Part shown: positions 1 through 13,823 of the stretch, in pieces
Layout: every line of letters begins with the position of its first letter
How positions within the stretch are numbered: position 1 is the first letter of the stretch
NCBI GenBank assembly: GCA_964016885.1
Contig: CAXHJY010000565.1
Location: forward strand, 124,634-188,633
Direction: 5' to 3'
From: Eledone cirrhosa
Taxonomy: Eukaryota
Length of the DNA: 64,000 nucleotides
The notes under the pieces: model-generated
The model's input: the letters and a program-made list of their open reading frames with translations, nothing else
Databases searched by the model: none
Told to the model about the DNA's origin: nothing
Program-made: the position numbers and the translations under genes

Positions 1-895
1 TACTACTACCACCACTACTGCTACCACTATTACGCACCGACTACTAATATTCACAACGATTACAATTACTACTACAACAACAAATTTACTACTACTACTT
101 CTACTACTACTATTACTACTACTACTACTTCTACTACTACTACTACTACTACAATAACTGTAACAACAACAGAAATAAACAATAAACTACTATGATGTAA
201 ACAAACCATATATGATATGAAAATATTGGAACCGCATTATATAATACTGTATACCATACTATACTACATTACATTACACTATTCTATACTACACTATTCT
301 ATACTACACTATACTAAACTATACTATGCTATATTATACTACACTACACGATACTATATTATTCTATTCTATACTACACTATACTATGCTATGCTATACT
401 TCACTACACGATACTATACTATTCTATTCTATACTACACTACTAAATACTTTACTATGCTGTGCTATACTATACTATACTATACTACAAGATACTATACT
501 ATACTATACTATACTATGCTATACTATACTATTCTATACTACACTACACGATACTACACGATACTATACTATACTATACTATGCCATACTATACTATACC
601 ATACTATACTACACTATATACTACACGATATTCTACTATACTATACTATACTATACTATACTATACTATACTATACTATACTATACTATATTATACTATG
701 CTGTGCTATAATATACTATGCCATACTATACTATACTATTCCATACTATACTATTTTATACTATACTATACCATACTATACTATACTACACTATATTACA
801 CTATTCTATACTGCACTATACTATACTACACTACACTATACATCACTTTATTATGCTATACTATACTATGCTATAGCATACTATGTATGTATCTA
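1..895. repeat. (TAC)n followed by a degenerate (CTATA)n pentamer microsatellite
   Basis: Visible tandem repeats; the Y/I/L/T-rich ORFs here are repeat artefacts. Confidence 0.95.
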
Positions 896-1029
896 CCCGT
901 AACTCATGGGGTATCATATGGACGTCCTAGTGACAAACGGCACTCATCTCTTCTCCAGGTCTGAACACAGTCGATTCCTCCAGAGAAGGATAGAGAGTGG
1001 TAGAGAGGACGCGAGAAAAAGATATAGAG

Positions 1030-1195
1030 GAAGAATCGACCCCAGTACTTGACTAGCTCTTTTTTTATCGACCTTGAAAGGATGAAAAGCAAAGTTGGCT
1101 ATGGCGGGATTTGAACTCAGAGCGCAGAGAGCCAAAACGAATATTCCAAGCATTCTAGTCGACGTTCTAATAACTCAGTCAATTTGCTGCCCGCC
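1030..1195 (-). mobile_element. tRNA-derived SINE copy (octopus-type)
   Basis: Reverse strand has a B-box-like gagttcaaatcccgcc, then aactttgcttttcatcctttcaaggtcgataaaa...agtactggggtcgat; homologous to copies at 6068, 21455, 21686 and 22826. Confidence 0.7.
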
Positions 1196-1442
1196 ATATT
1201 TTTTACTATACTATATTTCACTACGCTATACGACGCAATATGGCACTATGCTACATTATACTACACTACACTGTAACATTAAATTTCAATTCAGCAGACG
1301 TTGTTTTCCCCATTCATTCTGTGAAGTTACAGAACCGCACTGTGATGATTCACAAAAATCCTATGTATTTCTCTAGACATTCTAAGATCTGCAGTAATAG
1401 TGTCAACCCTCTGAAACAATCGTAGAAAAATCCTTAATGCTT

Positions 1443-1683
1443 ATGTTGGTAGTGAATTATGTAATGTATTAAATTGTTCACTAAACAACCGAAGTATACC
1501 GTAAATATATATCTGTAAATATACAGTGCAGTGTTTAATTGAGACAGCGTAAATGTGCATATATATATATATATGTTGGTAGTGAATTATATAATGTATT
1601 AAATTGTTCATTAAACAGCCGAAGTATACGGTAAATATATATCTGTATACAGTACAGTGTTTAACTCAGACAGCGTAAATGTG

Positions 1684-1687
<4 letters not shown>
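1443..1687. repeat. ~130-bp tandem duplication of an interspersed repeat
   Basis: atgttggtagtgaattat...gacagcgtaaatgtgcat at 1443 and 1573; related sequence near 43835-43890. Confidence 0.8.
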
Positions 1688-1716
<29 letters not shown>

Positions 1717-1988
1717 TGAGTATAAAAATATATAAACATGTCAAATATACGTATTTCTCCGTAAATGCTTTTAAATGATTGTTTTTAATCGATGTTTTCC
1801 CTAAATATGTGGGTCCACATCAGAGAATATGAAAATCAAACATACCAAAAGAAATACGTAATCCGTGCCCTCTGAAGCACAACTTTATATATATATATAT
1901 ATATAAATGAGATGAGCGGACACAAGCAAGCATTAAATAGTCTTTTAAATAAATTAAAATACGATTTAAATATTAACCTGTCCAAAAT

Positions 1989-2067
1989 GCTATTACCGAC
2001 GGTTTCGCTTCACAAAAGATTGGAAATTCAGAGAATTTCCAACGGAAAGATCAGCTCTTCAGACAGC
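1989..2067 (-). ncRNA. Type I hammerhead ribozyme with a long helix II
   Basis: Minus strand: gctgt CTGAAGA gct...(ttggaaattc-tct-gaatttccaa hairpin)...agc GAAA ccgtcgg TA atagc; helix I gctgt/atagc. Confidence 0.75.
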
Positions 2068-2232
2068 TATTTCCATTCTATAGGGCATAAAGCCGCACAG
2101 TTTGTAAATATATCGCTACAAAATTTTTTTCTAAGCACAAAATGTAGACACCATCCCGAGGCCGAGGTATTCCGTACTTCTCTGTACTGTTATATATATA
2201 GTAATAATAATAAACTTTAATCTGTTATTTTA

Positions 2233-2311
<79 letters not shown>

Positions 2312-2314
<3 letters not shown>

Positions 2315-4030
2315 TCATCATCATCATCATCACCGTTTTACGTCCGTTCTTCCACGCTAGCATGGGTTAGACGGGTTGTCCTGTTGTGGGCAGTGTCTGG
2401 TCGGCTGACCATGCCTTGCTCATACAGGAACTGATCTGGCTTGATTTCTACAGCTGGATGCCCTTCCTAACACCAACCTCATTTACAGTGAGTGCTGGGT
2501 GCTTTTTCGTGGCGCCTACACGTCCACTTTACAGTGTGGGCTGGGTGCTTTTTTGCCGTGGCACCTCCACGACCACCTTGCGGTGGGGGGAGTGGGGGCA
2601 TATTGTTTATATGCTTCAGCATGTACCCATGGGAGGTCGGGTACCCTGTATTACTGCGTGACGCCAGAAGTCACGGTCGTGTGTCATTGACTTTGAGAGG
2701 TGTAGTTGGGTAAGGTCGGCTTTTATCACCTCATCCCAAGTCATCTTGGGTCTCCCCACTCCGCGGTTTCCATCAACTTCTAGTGCTCTGCACCTTTTTA
2801 TGCAGCTGTCATACCAGCGTAACCGCCTCTCCTGCACGCAGCATTTGATTCCTCTTATGCTCAGTCTCTCTCTCAATTCCTTTATGCTTTGTCGTTCACG
2901 TATATTACTGTTACACATCCATCGGAGCATGCAGGCTTCGTTTCTCTCTAATCTACGTAAGTCTTCCACCTTCAGCGCCCAGGTCTCACTACCATGCAAC
3001 ATCGCTGTTCGGATACACGCATCATACAGTCTGCCTTTCATTCTGAGGGAGAAGCCTTTTGCAGCTAGCAGTGGTAGTAGTTCCCTAAACTTCTTCCATC
3101 CCGTTCTTACCCTAGTTATTGTACTTTCTGAGCACCCACCTCCGTTGCTAATTCGGTCACCTAGGTAGCAGAAGCTGTCTACTGTTTCTACAGGGCCCTC
3201 CCAGAGATTGGTGGTACTTGTTTCCTGTGGCTGTTTGCTTGCTGTTTCAGCACAGCTGCTGCATGTGAATCCTACATTCTTAATTAAGCTTCCTGAGATC
3301 CCGCTACATCTCTTGTGTACCCATTGTTTGCATTTGGGGCAGAGAATGGAGTTCCTACCTACACCTTTCCTACATACTGAGCAAGGCCATTTCCCTGAGG
3401 GGATCTGGGTTCTGTTTTCTCGTCTACTTATAAGGACCTTAGTCTTTGTCATGTTGACTTTGAGGCCCTTTCTCTCTAGTCCCTGCTTCCAGGTTTGGAA
3501 TTTATTCTCTAGTTCTACCATAGATTCAGCTATGAGTGCGAGGTCATCAGCATACAGGAGTTCCCATGGGCATCCGGTCTTAAACTCCTCCGTTATTGCC
3601 TGCAGGACTATGATGAACAGGAGAGGGCTAAGAACAGAGCCCTGGTGGACCCCAACCTGTACGCTAAATTCGTCGCTATACTCATTGCTAATCCTAACTT
3701 TGCTGACTGCTCCCCTATACATGGCTTGTACCGCTTTCACAAGCCATTCATCTACTCCTAGTTTTCTAAGAGCCCACCAGATTACTGCACGTGGAACTCT
3801 GTCAAAGGCTTTCTCAAGGTCGACAAATGCCAAGTAGAGTGGCTTACTTTTAGCTAGGTACTTTTCCTGTAATTGCCTCACAAGAAAGAGGGCATCAGTG
3901 GTGCCTTTCCCTGGTACAAACCCAAATTGCATCTCGTCTATATTCACCCGGTCCCTAATCAGCTGGGCTATAACTCTTTCTGTTACTTTCATGACCTGGT
4001 CCATCAACTTTATACCTCTATAGTTTCCAT
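2312..4030 (-). mobile_element. 5'-truncated RTE-clade non-LTR retrotransposon with a (TGA)n tail, in a (TA)n tract
   Basis: RT ORF, 3' UTR and (TGA)n tail at 2312-2332; TA tracts on both sides. Confidence 0.9.
2616..4030 (-). CDS. RTE reverse transcriptase (5'-truncated) with a PHD-like zinc finger
   Basis: Motifs NYRGIKL, QFGF, FVDLEKAFD, GVHQGSVLSP, YADD, then CSVC..CPKC..H..C..CSSC and MLHGSETW. The first ~25 aa of the ORF-track call are microsatellite. Confidence 0.9.
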
Positions 4031-4059
4031 ATATATATATATTCGTGTACAGTTTCCAT

Positions 4060-5449
4060 ATATATATATATTCGTGTACAGATATTTTTGCACACAATAA
4101 CAAAATATAAGCAAACGTATTTATTTTACGAGCCTCGATAAGGATAAATATATATCATTTTTGCATACACAATAACAAAATATAAACATAAGCATTTCAC
4201 GATAAAGTATTGATTTTCTTCGCTCGGAAAAAACCCTGTTAATCTACGACGAATTTTCTTTATAAGCACTAAATGTAGACACCATCCTGAGGCCGAGGTA
4301 TTCCGTACTTCTCTCTACTGTTATGTGAACCTTGATCCCGAGAATCTACCGCATCCCAGGATTTTACTCAGCATTCCACCACATCTTTTTACGGAATTAC
4401 CTTTAAGACTCACCCCAGACACACACACAAAAAAAAAAATTTTTCCACACGCCACCTACATGCACAACACGCATAAACACCACACACACACACGTGCGTA
4501 CTACCACATATTTACACATTCAGCCTCCGGAATCCTCTCCCCCCACCCCTCTATCCACACACGCACACACACTCCGACCTACACCCCACCCCACACACAC
4601 CCCTTCCTGAACATGCAACCCCGTTCTTCCCCCAACCCTTGCTTTCACATACACACACACACACACCACCTTCAGCCCTCCCCGCTCGGACACCCCGTCT
4701 CCCTCTCCCCACTCCACCCGCCACCCCACCCCCTACACGCCCCAAACCCTTCCACCACCTGTTTTACTTCATGTTTATTTTTATTTTGATCATGCCTTTA
4801 TTTTTAATTTCATTTGCACCGTTTCCTCTCACCCCCTTTTTGCTATATGTCTCTCCACCACTCCCCTACACACCCTTTGAACTCTCTTCCCACACACTTT
4901 TCACCTGAAGAAGAGCTTATGCCCGAAACGTCGTTCCCCACCACCACCCCACTCTCAAGAGCGTGAAATTAATAAACCTTTGTTCGTACTGCCTCTCTGT
5001 TTTGTTCCTGTTCAATTTTTCACTATATATATATATATACAATTTAGAAAGTGAGGTTTTTTTTACAAAATGAAAAATAACCGAGGTGTCCTACACGAAT
5101 GAAAGTATAAAGAAAAAAAGATTTTTTAAAATAAGATTCCAGTTGCATTTTCGATTTCATCTTTTTTTCTTTTCTATATATATATATATATAATTATATA
5201 TTCGCGTACAGATATTTGTGCACACAATAACAAAATATAAACAAACGTATTTATTTCACGAGGCTCGATAAGGATAAATATATATCATTTTTGCATACAC
5301 AATAACAAAATATAAACAAAAGCATTTATTTCGCGATAAAGTGTTGATTTTCTTCGCTCGGAAAAAAAACCCTGTTAATCTACGACGAATTTTTTTCATA
5401 AGCACTAAATGTAGACAGCATCCCGAGGCCGAGATATTCCGTACTTCTT

Positions 5450-5487
<38 letters not shown>

Positions 5488-5633
5488 TATATTCGTGTAC
5501 AGATATTTTTGCATACACAATAACAAAATATATACAAACTTATTTATTTCACGAGGCTCGATAAGGATAAATATATATCAAATATATAAGAACCCTAGAG
5601 CAAATCCCGAGCAACGCTGGGACATTCTGCTAG
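4060..5633 (+). mobile_element. Non-autonomous Helitron 3' region with internal tandem subrepeats and nested insertions
   Basis: Block attcgtgtacagatattttt...gataaggataaatatatatca repeated at 4070, 5200 and 5490; ends in hairpin cccgagcaacgctggg then CTAG (5630-5633) followed by T. Same 3' end at 15322-15465. Confidence 0.7.
4898..4936 (+). ncRNA. Degenerate hammerhead-like motif at the 3' end of a probable PLE fragment (~4330-5022)
   Basis: CTGAAGA agagcttatgccc GAAA cg TC with palindromic ACGT; helix I pairing is weak; AATAAA and (TA)n follow. Confidence 0.35.
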
Positions 5634-5643
5634 TATATATATA

Positions 5644-5806
5644 TATTATTCAAAATATTAATAAATGAAAAATATTCTCATAACCAAAATATATATTTTA
5701 TTATATATATTTCAAAGGTAGAATGCTGTTTCATTTGAAATATGTATAATAAAATATATATTTTGGTTATGAGAATATTTTTCATTTATTAATATTTTGA
5801 ATAATA
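5644..5806. repeat. Foldback (~73-bp inverted repeat) next to (TA)n
   Basis: 5644-5717 is the reverse complement of 5734-5806; the arm contains GAAA tatgta TA, like the 3' half of a PLE hammerhead. Confidence 0.85.
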
Positions 5807-5949
5807 TTAAATACTCCAGATAAAAACTGTGGAGTGCTTCTAATCTATTGGAAAATTGTATTCGTTGAATAATCAACGAACCATATAAACTTTTGGTTTT
5901 ATATATATATACATACATACATACATACATACATACATACATACATACA

Positions 5950-6012
<63 letters not shown>

Positions 6013-6305
6013 TCTCAGGTCTTGAATAATCACTCCTCCTTCTTCTGCTTATTATTTTTTCAGATATTAACTTTGCCTTTCATCCTTACGGGGTCGATAA
6101 AATAAAGTACCAGTAATGTACTAGAATAATTGCTGGCCTTGTGCCAAAAGTAGAAACAATTATTTTTTCAGATATTTGTCCAACCTATCTCGTTTATTAA
6201 TTTTTGCTAATCTATCTCCGGTGAAATTTTATTGTAAGTGATTTATAGATACAGTAGCTGGAGAATCTAATAATTGTTTTATTTTACATTTAAAAATATT
6301 ATATA

Positions 6306-7224
6306 CTAGCAGTGGTACCCGGCGTTGCACGGTATAAGGTATTTTGGAACGCGGGCCGCCAACAGACCTAATCGTGGAAAAACTGCATGCCTGGACAATA
6401 TGTAAAGAAAATAAACCGAATACTCTGATGGCTGGATAATCTTTAACATTTTCGTCGATGAAGCAGGAAAAATGCAGGTTTTCACCTAATGCGGGCCCTA
6501 GAGGATGAAGAAAATGAATTTTTTTATGTGCATAATATGCCTTGAAATTTCGGGAAAATCGGCTAGATGTAACGCCTCCAAAAAGACCTAAAAAGCTGAA
6601 AAAATGAAGTTTTTCACCTAATGCGGGCCCTAGGCCATAAAAAAGTAGGATTTTCTTTGCTCACGGTATGAAGAAGAGACTGACTAATACATAGTTACAA
6701 TTTCAAGGAAATCGGTCTGATGTAACGCCTCAAAAAACCCATAAAAACCTTAAAAACGCAGTTTTTCACCTAATGCGGGACCTAGGAGATTAAAGAGTTG
6801 AATTTTTTATGTGTATAACACTCCCTGAAACATAAGTAATACACATGTAAAGTTTGAAAAGAATCGGTTGGGTACTTCTCGAGTTTTAGGGATACAAACT
6901 CACAGACACACACAGACAGACATCCTCAGGGAAGTGTCGTAATGCAGACAGCCAGACATACAGACAGATATTATAAGGGCGCGACGTTATATGTATGTAT
7001 CTATCTAAAAAGAGAAAGACTAAGAATTATAGAGAGAGATCGCTAAATCGCCTAATGCGGTCCCTAGGGCATTGAAAATTTGACATTTTTTTTTGCTGAG
7101 AACACGCACTGAAAGATAAGTATTACATGTGTAAAGTTTGAAAATAGTCGGTTGGGTGGTTCTCGAGTTTTAGGGATTCAAACTCACGCACACAGAGACA
7201 GACATCCTCAGTTATATATATAGA
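6306..7224 (-). mobile_element. Non-autonomous Helitron (complete)
   Basis: Minus strand starts TC (7224), ends with hairpin ccgtgcaacgccgg and CTAG (6306), inserted at A^T; internal repeats ttttcacctaatgcgggccctag; homologue at 15895-16791. Confidence 0.85.
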
Positions 7225-7451
7225 TTACAAAAAAAAAGAATATTACAAGAAATCCCATATTTACCAATCTACCACCTACCACCACCACCTTCCGTTTAGT
7301 CCACATATCCCACCCACCCCAACACTCACTTATAAGAGTTTAACTAAATGCCCAACCCCCTCCCCCCATTATTTGAGACCCGAGAGTATATATATGTTTG
7401 TCTGTCTGTTTCTGTCTATATATTTACCTGTCCGCCTGTCTTTATCTACCT

Positions 7452-8325
7452 CTGTCAAGCGGCCACAGCAATCAGTGGAGACTCCACTTCGACATTCTAT
7501 AGAGGATTAGTACGTCACAAAAGCGACGACGTGCTCGGAAAGACTCTGGGCGTCGAAGACGACGAGCTCACCAGTCTATTTGGTAGGACTTTCCACCCGG
7601 GACCTATGTACAACTTCCAGAGGTCCCTGGCCTGGCAGTGCTACCGAGGAGCTCTACCAGTTCGAGATAAGATCTACAGGCACGGACGCCTCGGCATGAA
7701 TCCTTCCAAGAAGACGCGTCCAAGATGCGAGCAGGACATTGAAACCGTCTTGCACGCAATTGTACACTGCCCGGGCGTAACTGACGTGTGGAACTACGCA
7801 GAACAACTGCTGTCACGTATGGGACAAATCCAGTTGACTGCCGAGTCCATAGTAAGGATCAAACCGCCAACCTCTTTCAAAAACGAAAGAGAGGCGGTTT
7901 TCCTCTGTATGGTGGCTATGGTGAAAGAGATTATATGGTGGACGAGATTGAGAGGACTGAGGACAGATGCCTTTCTCTCCGGACAACAATTGATTCCCTT
8001 CTTTAATTATCACTTCATAAGAAGAATCAGAGTGGAGAGAGAGACACTGCTCCCAGTAAATTTACTGAAAGGTGGGTGAATGTAGCAAAAATGGCCCGAG
8101 TGATTGGGCCTTCTCTGATTATAAGCCTGTAGGTTGAAGAAGAGAGCAAAAGGAAGAAAAGAGCACTTGCACAACACGCTCCTGAAGTTGAAGGTTCTTC
8201 TATCGACGGGGTATTAAACAACCCATTGTTTGTTTCAATATTTTTACATGACTGTATGTAAAATCCCCGGCATGTGTCTTTGTATTGTTCCCTTTTCTTG
8301 TGCGCCCTTGCGGCAAATAAAGAAA
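7452..8325 (+). mobile_element. 5'-truncated Tx1/L1-clade LINE (ORF2 C-terminus and 3' UTR)
   Basis: Translation AWQCYRGALPVRDK..C..ETVLHAIVHC is homologous to 13200-14040; AATAAA end; TCTG/TCTA repeats on both sides. Confidence 0.85.
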
Positions 8326-8625
8326 TATATCTATATACCCGTCTGTCTGTGTGTCTGTCCGTTTCGCTCTATCTATTTACCTGTCTGTCTGTCTTTCTCT
8401 AACTATATCTATCTATCTATCTATTTGTCTGCCTGTCTGCCTGTCTGTCTTTGATAGTAGACGTCTTACACATCTGTTCTTCGATTTTGAATCATTACTT
8501 GGTTATTTGTGAGTGTATTATTTAAATTGTTTTACTATTGTTGACTCTAACCCCTCGTCTGGGACTGTAGACGTAGGGTAAATATATTTTCGCCCCTTTT
8601 GGGCTGAAAAAATATTTAATTCAAA

Positions 8626-10385
8626 ATGTTTATCGATATCGTTGAAAACGAGGAAGCCATTTTGCAAGCTAACGCCACGCCCACCAAAAAAAGCGAGAAA
8701 GAGGCAACAACAATTCAAACTGTTGAACAACCCCTCCTCTCGAATGGAAAAAAGACTGTTAATACGAGTGAAAACCTAAATTTTGAAAAAAATAACAAGG
8801 AAAATAAAAATACCACAAAAGATGAAACAAACAACATTGCAACAACAAGCAACAATGAACGAAGCGAAAGCAACAAAGACAACAAAGTTTCTTTTGCCCA
8901 AACGGTCAGGAAAGCTATTGAATACAAGCCCATAGACATTACAAACGCTAAGCAGAACTTGCTAAATGCCAGAAAATACGTATCTTTTGGGGAGGATGGT
9001 TCTTTTACGATCAACTCCCCAGAAGAAGTTCGTCAACAGGTATATAGGAATACCATAACCTTCAGGACTATATCCAACACAACAAGAAAGCCAGCTCAAT
9101 TGACAGAAAGTCAAATTGAGCTGGTTCTGAAAGACATAAAAAAGACATACTCTTTATTGAAAGAGGAAAGCTGTATGCCAGCATTATGGTCCGAATGAGG
9201 GACGAAATGCTGGCTCAAAAATGCTCGGTAGCACCTATAGTGTCACCACAATACACCTTCTTCCCCACATATAAAGGAAGAAGAACACAAAGACTAAGAA
9301 TGTGGAGCTCAACGCCAGAAGTAAACATCTGGTCCGTCCTGACAGGATTCACAGACCTAGAAAAGGACATCCTAATATCAGCAGGTGAGTCCACCAGTGG
9401 ACTGTTCGGGGGTAAAAGTCTGGAGGTTCTCTTACAGATGACACCTGAGAGAATCGCCGGAATACCCGACCAAGTCCTACTGGATGGTCGAACCTTTATT
9501 AATATTACGGTGGAAAGCAGGAGGCCCTCATGTTACCACTGCGCTGGCAGAGGTCACCTGGGGACTGCCTGCCCTCTACTAACAACAAAAAAACCACTGC
9601 TACAAACACCACAACAACAAAAACAACAAAATACACTACCATCACCACCACAACGACAACAAAAACCAACAACACCACCTCCACCACCACCACAACAACA
9701 ACAACAACATCAACAACAGCTCAAGAAAACAACCCAAAACACGGTCCCACCCAGCCCCTCCCCACAGAACACAAATACAAAAACACACGCAGTTCATACA
9801 CAACCTGGAAATATACCCCTCCCCTCCAATACGGGAGAGTAGCTCATATCCTCTGAAGACGAGGGGGCTCCCTTCCAAAAAGTGAAAAGGAAAAAACGTA
9901 CACACACCACACAAACAAAAATAACACCACCTGACAACACAACACAGACAACAAAACGCAAGCTCACTCAAGAACAACAAGCAAAAACAAACACAACACA
10001 AAAACTCTACACATACATAAACAAAAATAATAAAAACTTAACAGAAAAAATAGACAACAACCCTTCGGTACAAACCGAAGGGCCGAATTTTGCAATGGCA
10101 ATGGGACACCCTAACCTGAAAATGGTGAAAGTCCCACTTGACATTTTCAAAACATTGAAAAACATTTACCCTGAGGACGTGGGGCCACCCTGCACCAGGC
10201 CACTCAACCGTGTCCTCCTGAAAGGTTTTCCCCTCCCCTCCTCAAACACCCACACAATTCCAAACACCCCAACCCCTCCACACACTAATACCCCCACACC
10301 ACCACAAACCACCACCCCACCCAACAACCCCTCCACCAGCCCCATGGAAACTGAGCAGCCCGGACCCCGGGACGCAGAGAGGTAA
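8626..10385 (+). pseudogene. LINE ORF1 (gag-like, CCHC zinc knuckle), disrupted
   Basis: ORF pieces 8626-9198, 9186-9842 (CYHCAGRGHLGTAC) and 9882-10385 with a P/T/Q-rich tail. Confidence 0.8.
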
Positions 10386-10408
10386 GTGCCTCTTTCTTTA
10401 CCACCAAC

Positions 10409-13400
10409 ATGGCTGTGTTAAGAGTAGGTTGTCTAAATGCGCGTGGCCTGGGCTCACGTTGGAAGCAAGCTAAACTTCTAAATGACCTCAGGTCACAATG
10501 TATAAATGTGATGGTTATTTGCGAGGCCCGGATCAGCAGCGTGCGACAGCTGGCCCCCACCTTTGATGACTTTGAGATGCACGCATCTCTCTGCCAGCCC
10601 GGAGGTGGGGGTGGGGTTGTCGTTCTGCTGCAAAAACATCTGGGTCTCGCTACACAGACAGTACACTTGGACCCGGAGGGTCGACTCGTGGTTCTGGACC
10701 TTGGCAGTAGTGAAGGCAAAGTTTTTAGGCTTGTCGCCGTATACGCCCCTTTTGGGGCAATGCGGTCGGACTTCTTCCATCGTCTGGAGACTTTTCTAGG
10801 GACGTCCCGCTCCTTGCTTTTAGTGGGGAACTGGAATGGTATCCTAGATGCACGTTGGGACTATGTAGGGGCATGTCCCGATAGAGGGGGGTGTAACAGC
10901 CTCAAAGGGTTAATCGGCCGATTTGACCTGGCCGATAAATATCGACTAGATTTTCCGACTGTGCCACCTGGACTTGGTCAAATAACAGTGGTCAATCTAG
11001 ATCGTACCTAGATAGGTTCTTAGTTAGAATTAAAGATAGGGACTTTTTAAGTTGTCCAGAAATGCTCATGGTGGGCTATTCAGACCACAAGTTAGTGACC
11101 TGCGTAGTCCACCTTGATAGAACGCATAGGCAGGGACCCGGTTACTGGAAGCTCAACTTGTCCTTACCGGCAAGTAGAGCTTACAGGGACAGGATTAGAA
11201 CCTTAGTTAAGGAGCGGTTGACGGGCGCCATCGTCAACAGCAGGTGGTGGGGCTCTCTAAAAAGAGAGATTAGAGTAGTTTCAATAGGAGTTAGTAAGGA
11301 GTTAGCCTCAGATAGAAATAGGAAGGAAAGGGAGTTGGTAGTTAATGTTGAAGAAGCAATGAGAAGCGGCAACGTGGCCAGAGTGCAAGCGTCGAGAACG
11401 GCCTTGAGCCAATTCTTCGACGCGAAACGCGAAAGCTGCGTTGTCCGAAGCAAAATACGTGCTCTGGGAAATGAGGGGACCAAAGCTGTTAGCTGGGCCC
11501 GTGTGACAGAAGCGAAAAGTGGGATTAGATCCACTATCCGGTCTTTGCGAGACCAGGATGGACGGGTGATCCTTGAACCTAAGCAAATGTGCGAGGCCTT
11601 TCAAAGGCACTTTGCCCGATTGTTCGGGAGGGGCGGGGGGCCGGTTGGAGATGTGGATTTCGGTCCATACCTCGACGGCCTGCCGCGTCTTTCGGACAAG
11701 GAGGCGAGGTCCTGAGCGGGCCGATCTCAGCTGCTGAAATAGGGGACGTGCTGAGCCTATGCGGCAAACGCAAATCTCCAGGTCTCGATGGTCTGCCCTA
11801 CGAACTATATATTAATATGCCGGACTTGTTCCCCGATCTCCTCGAGGCGGTCTACTGCAACTGGCAACAGAACGGGAGAATTCCCTGTTCTGTGGCCAAG
11901 GGCGTAGTCTCGCTAGTGAGGAAAGACGAGAACAAGGGAGATGACATTAGTAATTTTAGGCCCATAACTCTGCTAAATGCAGAGTTAAAGATTTTGGCCA
12001 AGGTGTTAGCAAAGAGGTTGGCGCTTGTCGTGGGGGGCCTGGTGGGAGATGCGCAGACATGCGCTATCCCGTCCAGGTCCATCCACGACAACCTCCACCT
12101 CATGCGATACATCATAGAGAGGGTTGGGAACGAACCCGGCTTTGGTGGGGCCCTGATAAATTTAGATCAGTCTAAAGCGTTCGATAGGGTGGACCATGGT
12201 TACCTGGATGCGGTGCTAGCGGCGGCTGGGTTCGAACACGTTTTCAGGGGCTGGATCACTGCCATGCACAGCAGCCGCATCTGCTCTAGAGTCAAGGTGA
12301 ACGGCTACCTCTCGGAGCCGTTCGAAATCACCCGCTCCATCCGACAGGGCTGCCCTCTCTCCTCCCTTCTGTATGTATTGGCTCTCGAGCCACTACTGAA
12401 GAAGTTGGAGTTGTTGCAGGGCATCCCTTTGGAACCGGGATTGCGCAAAGCGGTGTAGGCCTACGCCGATGACGTAACAGTAATGGTGTCGACCACCGCG
12501 GAAATCGAGGCAATCGGCACCTTACTGGAGGAGTACGAAAGGTTGACAGGGGTCAAGCTGAACCGGGACAAGCCAGTCGCTTTGCAACTCGGCGAGTGGA
12601 GGGGCAAAACTATGTCGTCCGACGGTATCGTCGGTCGGTGGACGGAGGGCCCGGTAAAGTTGCTTGGGGTCTGGTGGAGAAAAACTGGGGTGAGGTGACG
12701 AATAGGGTTTTTGCACTGACACAGAAGTGGGCCGAGTGCAAACTATCCCTGAAAGGTCGGGCGGAGGTGGCGAACGCTTACATAGCGTCCGTCATCTATT
12801 ACCGCTTGACTGTCGTGCCTTGCTCGGGTGAGATCCTCGCCAAAATGGAGCGCGCTCTCTTTTATTTCCTTTGGAAGAAGAGGTCTCCTCTGGTGAGGAG
12901 ATCCATCTGCTGTCAACACCCTTTGAAAGGAGGGCTGGGGATGCCGTGGCTAAAAATGCGTAAACACGCATTGAGGCTAAGTCACCTCCAGGTATTCCTC
13001 ACCGGTCAACCGGTGTGGGCCCCGTTTGTGAGGCGAGCCTTCCCGAGGCTCGTCTCGCTCACCGAGCTGCAGTCCTGGGTGAAGCAAAGACCGAGAAAAC
13101 TGGGCGACTGGCACACCGAGTGTGCCCAGGCGCTCACGGCTCTCTGGCAGGCGGACCCGGCTATCGGTGGAGACTCCACCTCGTCATTCTATAGAGGGCT
13201 GGTGGTTAGCAGGTGCGACGACGCTCTCGGAGAAACCCTAGGCATGGAGGAGGACGAACTGGCCAGCCTATTCAGTAGGACTTCGGCCCGGGACCTATGG
13301 ACAACTTCCAGACGTCCTTGGCCTGGCAGTGCTACCGAGGGGCTCTTCCCGTTCGGGATAAGTTCTACAGACACGGGCGCCCGGGTAGGGACCCCTCGAA

Positions 13401-13823
13401 AAAGATCTGTCCCAGATGCGTGCCCGACGAGGAAACCGTCGCGCACGCATTGGTGCACTGCCCGGGCGTTACCGATCTGTGGGGCTATTTCGAACAACTG
13501 CTGTCACGGGTGGGACCAATTAGGTTGACCACCGAGTCCATTGTAACGATCAAGCCGCCTCCCCCTTCAAAAATGAAGGAGATGCGGTCTTCCTCTGTGT
13601 AATAGCCATGGTAAAAGAGGTTGTGTGGTGGACGCGTCTAAAAGGGCTGAGATCGGACACCTTTCTTTCCGGCCAACAACTGGTCCTTTTCTTCCGATAC
13701 CTTTTCGGAAGAAGGATCAGGATGGGGAGAGAGGTGCTCCACTCCAGCCAGTTTTATGAAAGGTGGGTGAAAGTTGCGAGAATGGCCCGTGTGAATGGGC
13801 CTTCTCTCTACCTCAGCCTGTAG
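10409..13823 (+). pseudogene. LINE ORF2 (APE endonuclease, RT, zf-RVT) with several frameshifts and stops
   Basis: LNARGL, VYAP, GNWN (usually GDFN), SDH, KSPGLDGLP, FRPITLLN, LDQSKAFDRV, RQGCPLS, TAG stop just before AYADD, GGLG and a C-terminal C..C..H..C. Confidence 0.9.

Noticed and set aside
2746-3837. Long plus-strand ORFs opposite the RTE, and similar shadow ORFs at 48942-50207 and within the Tx1 element
   Set aside because: Antisense shadows of real RT frames.
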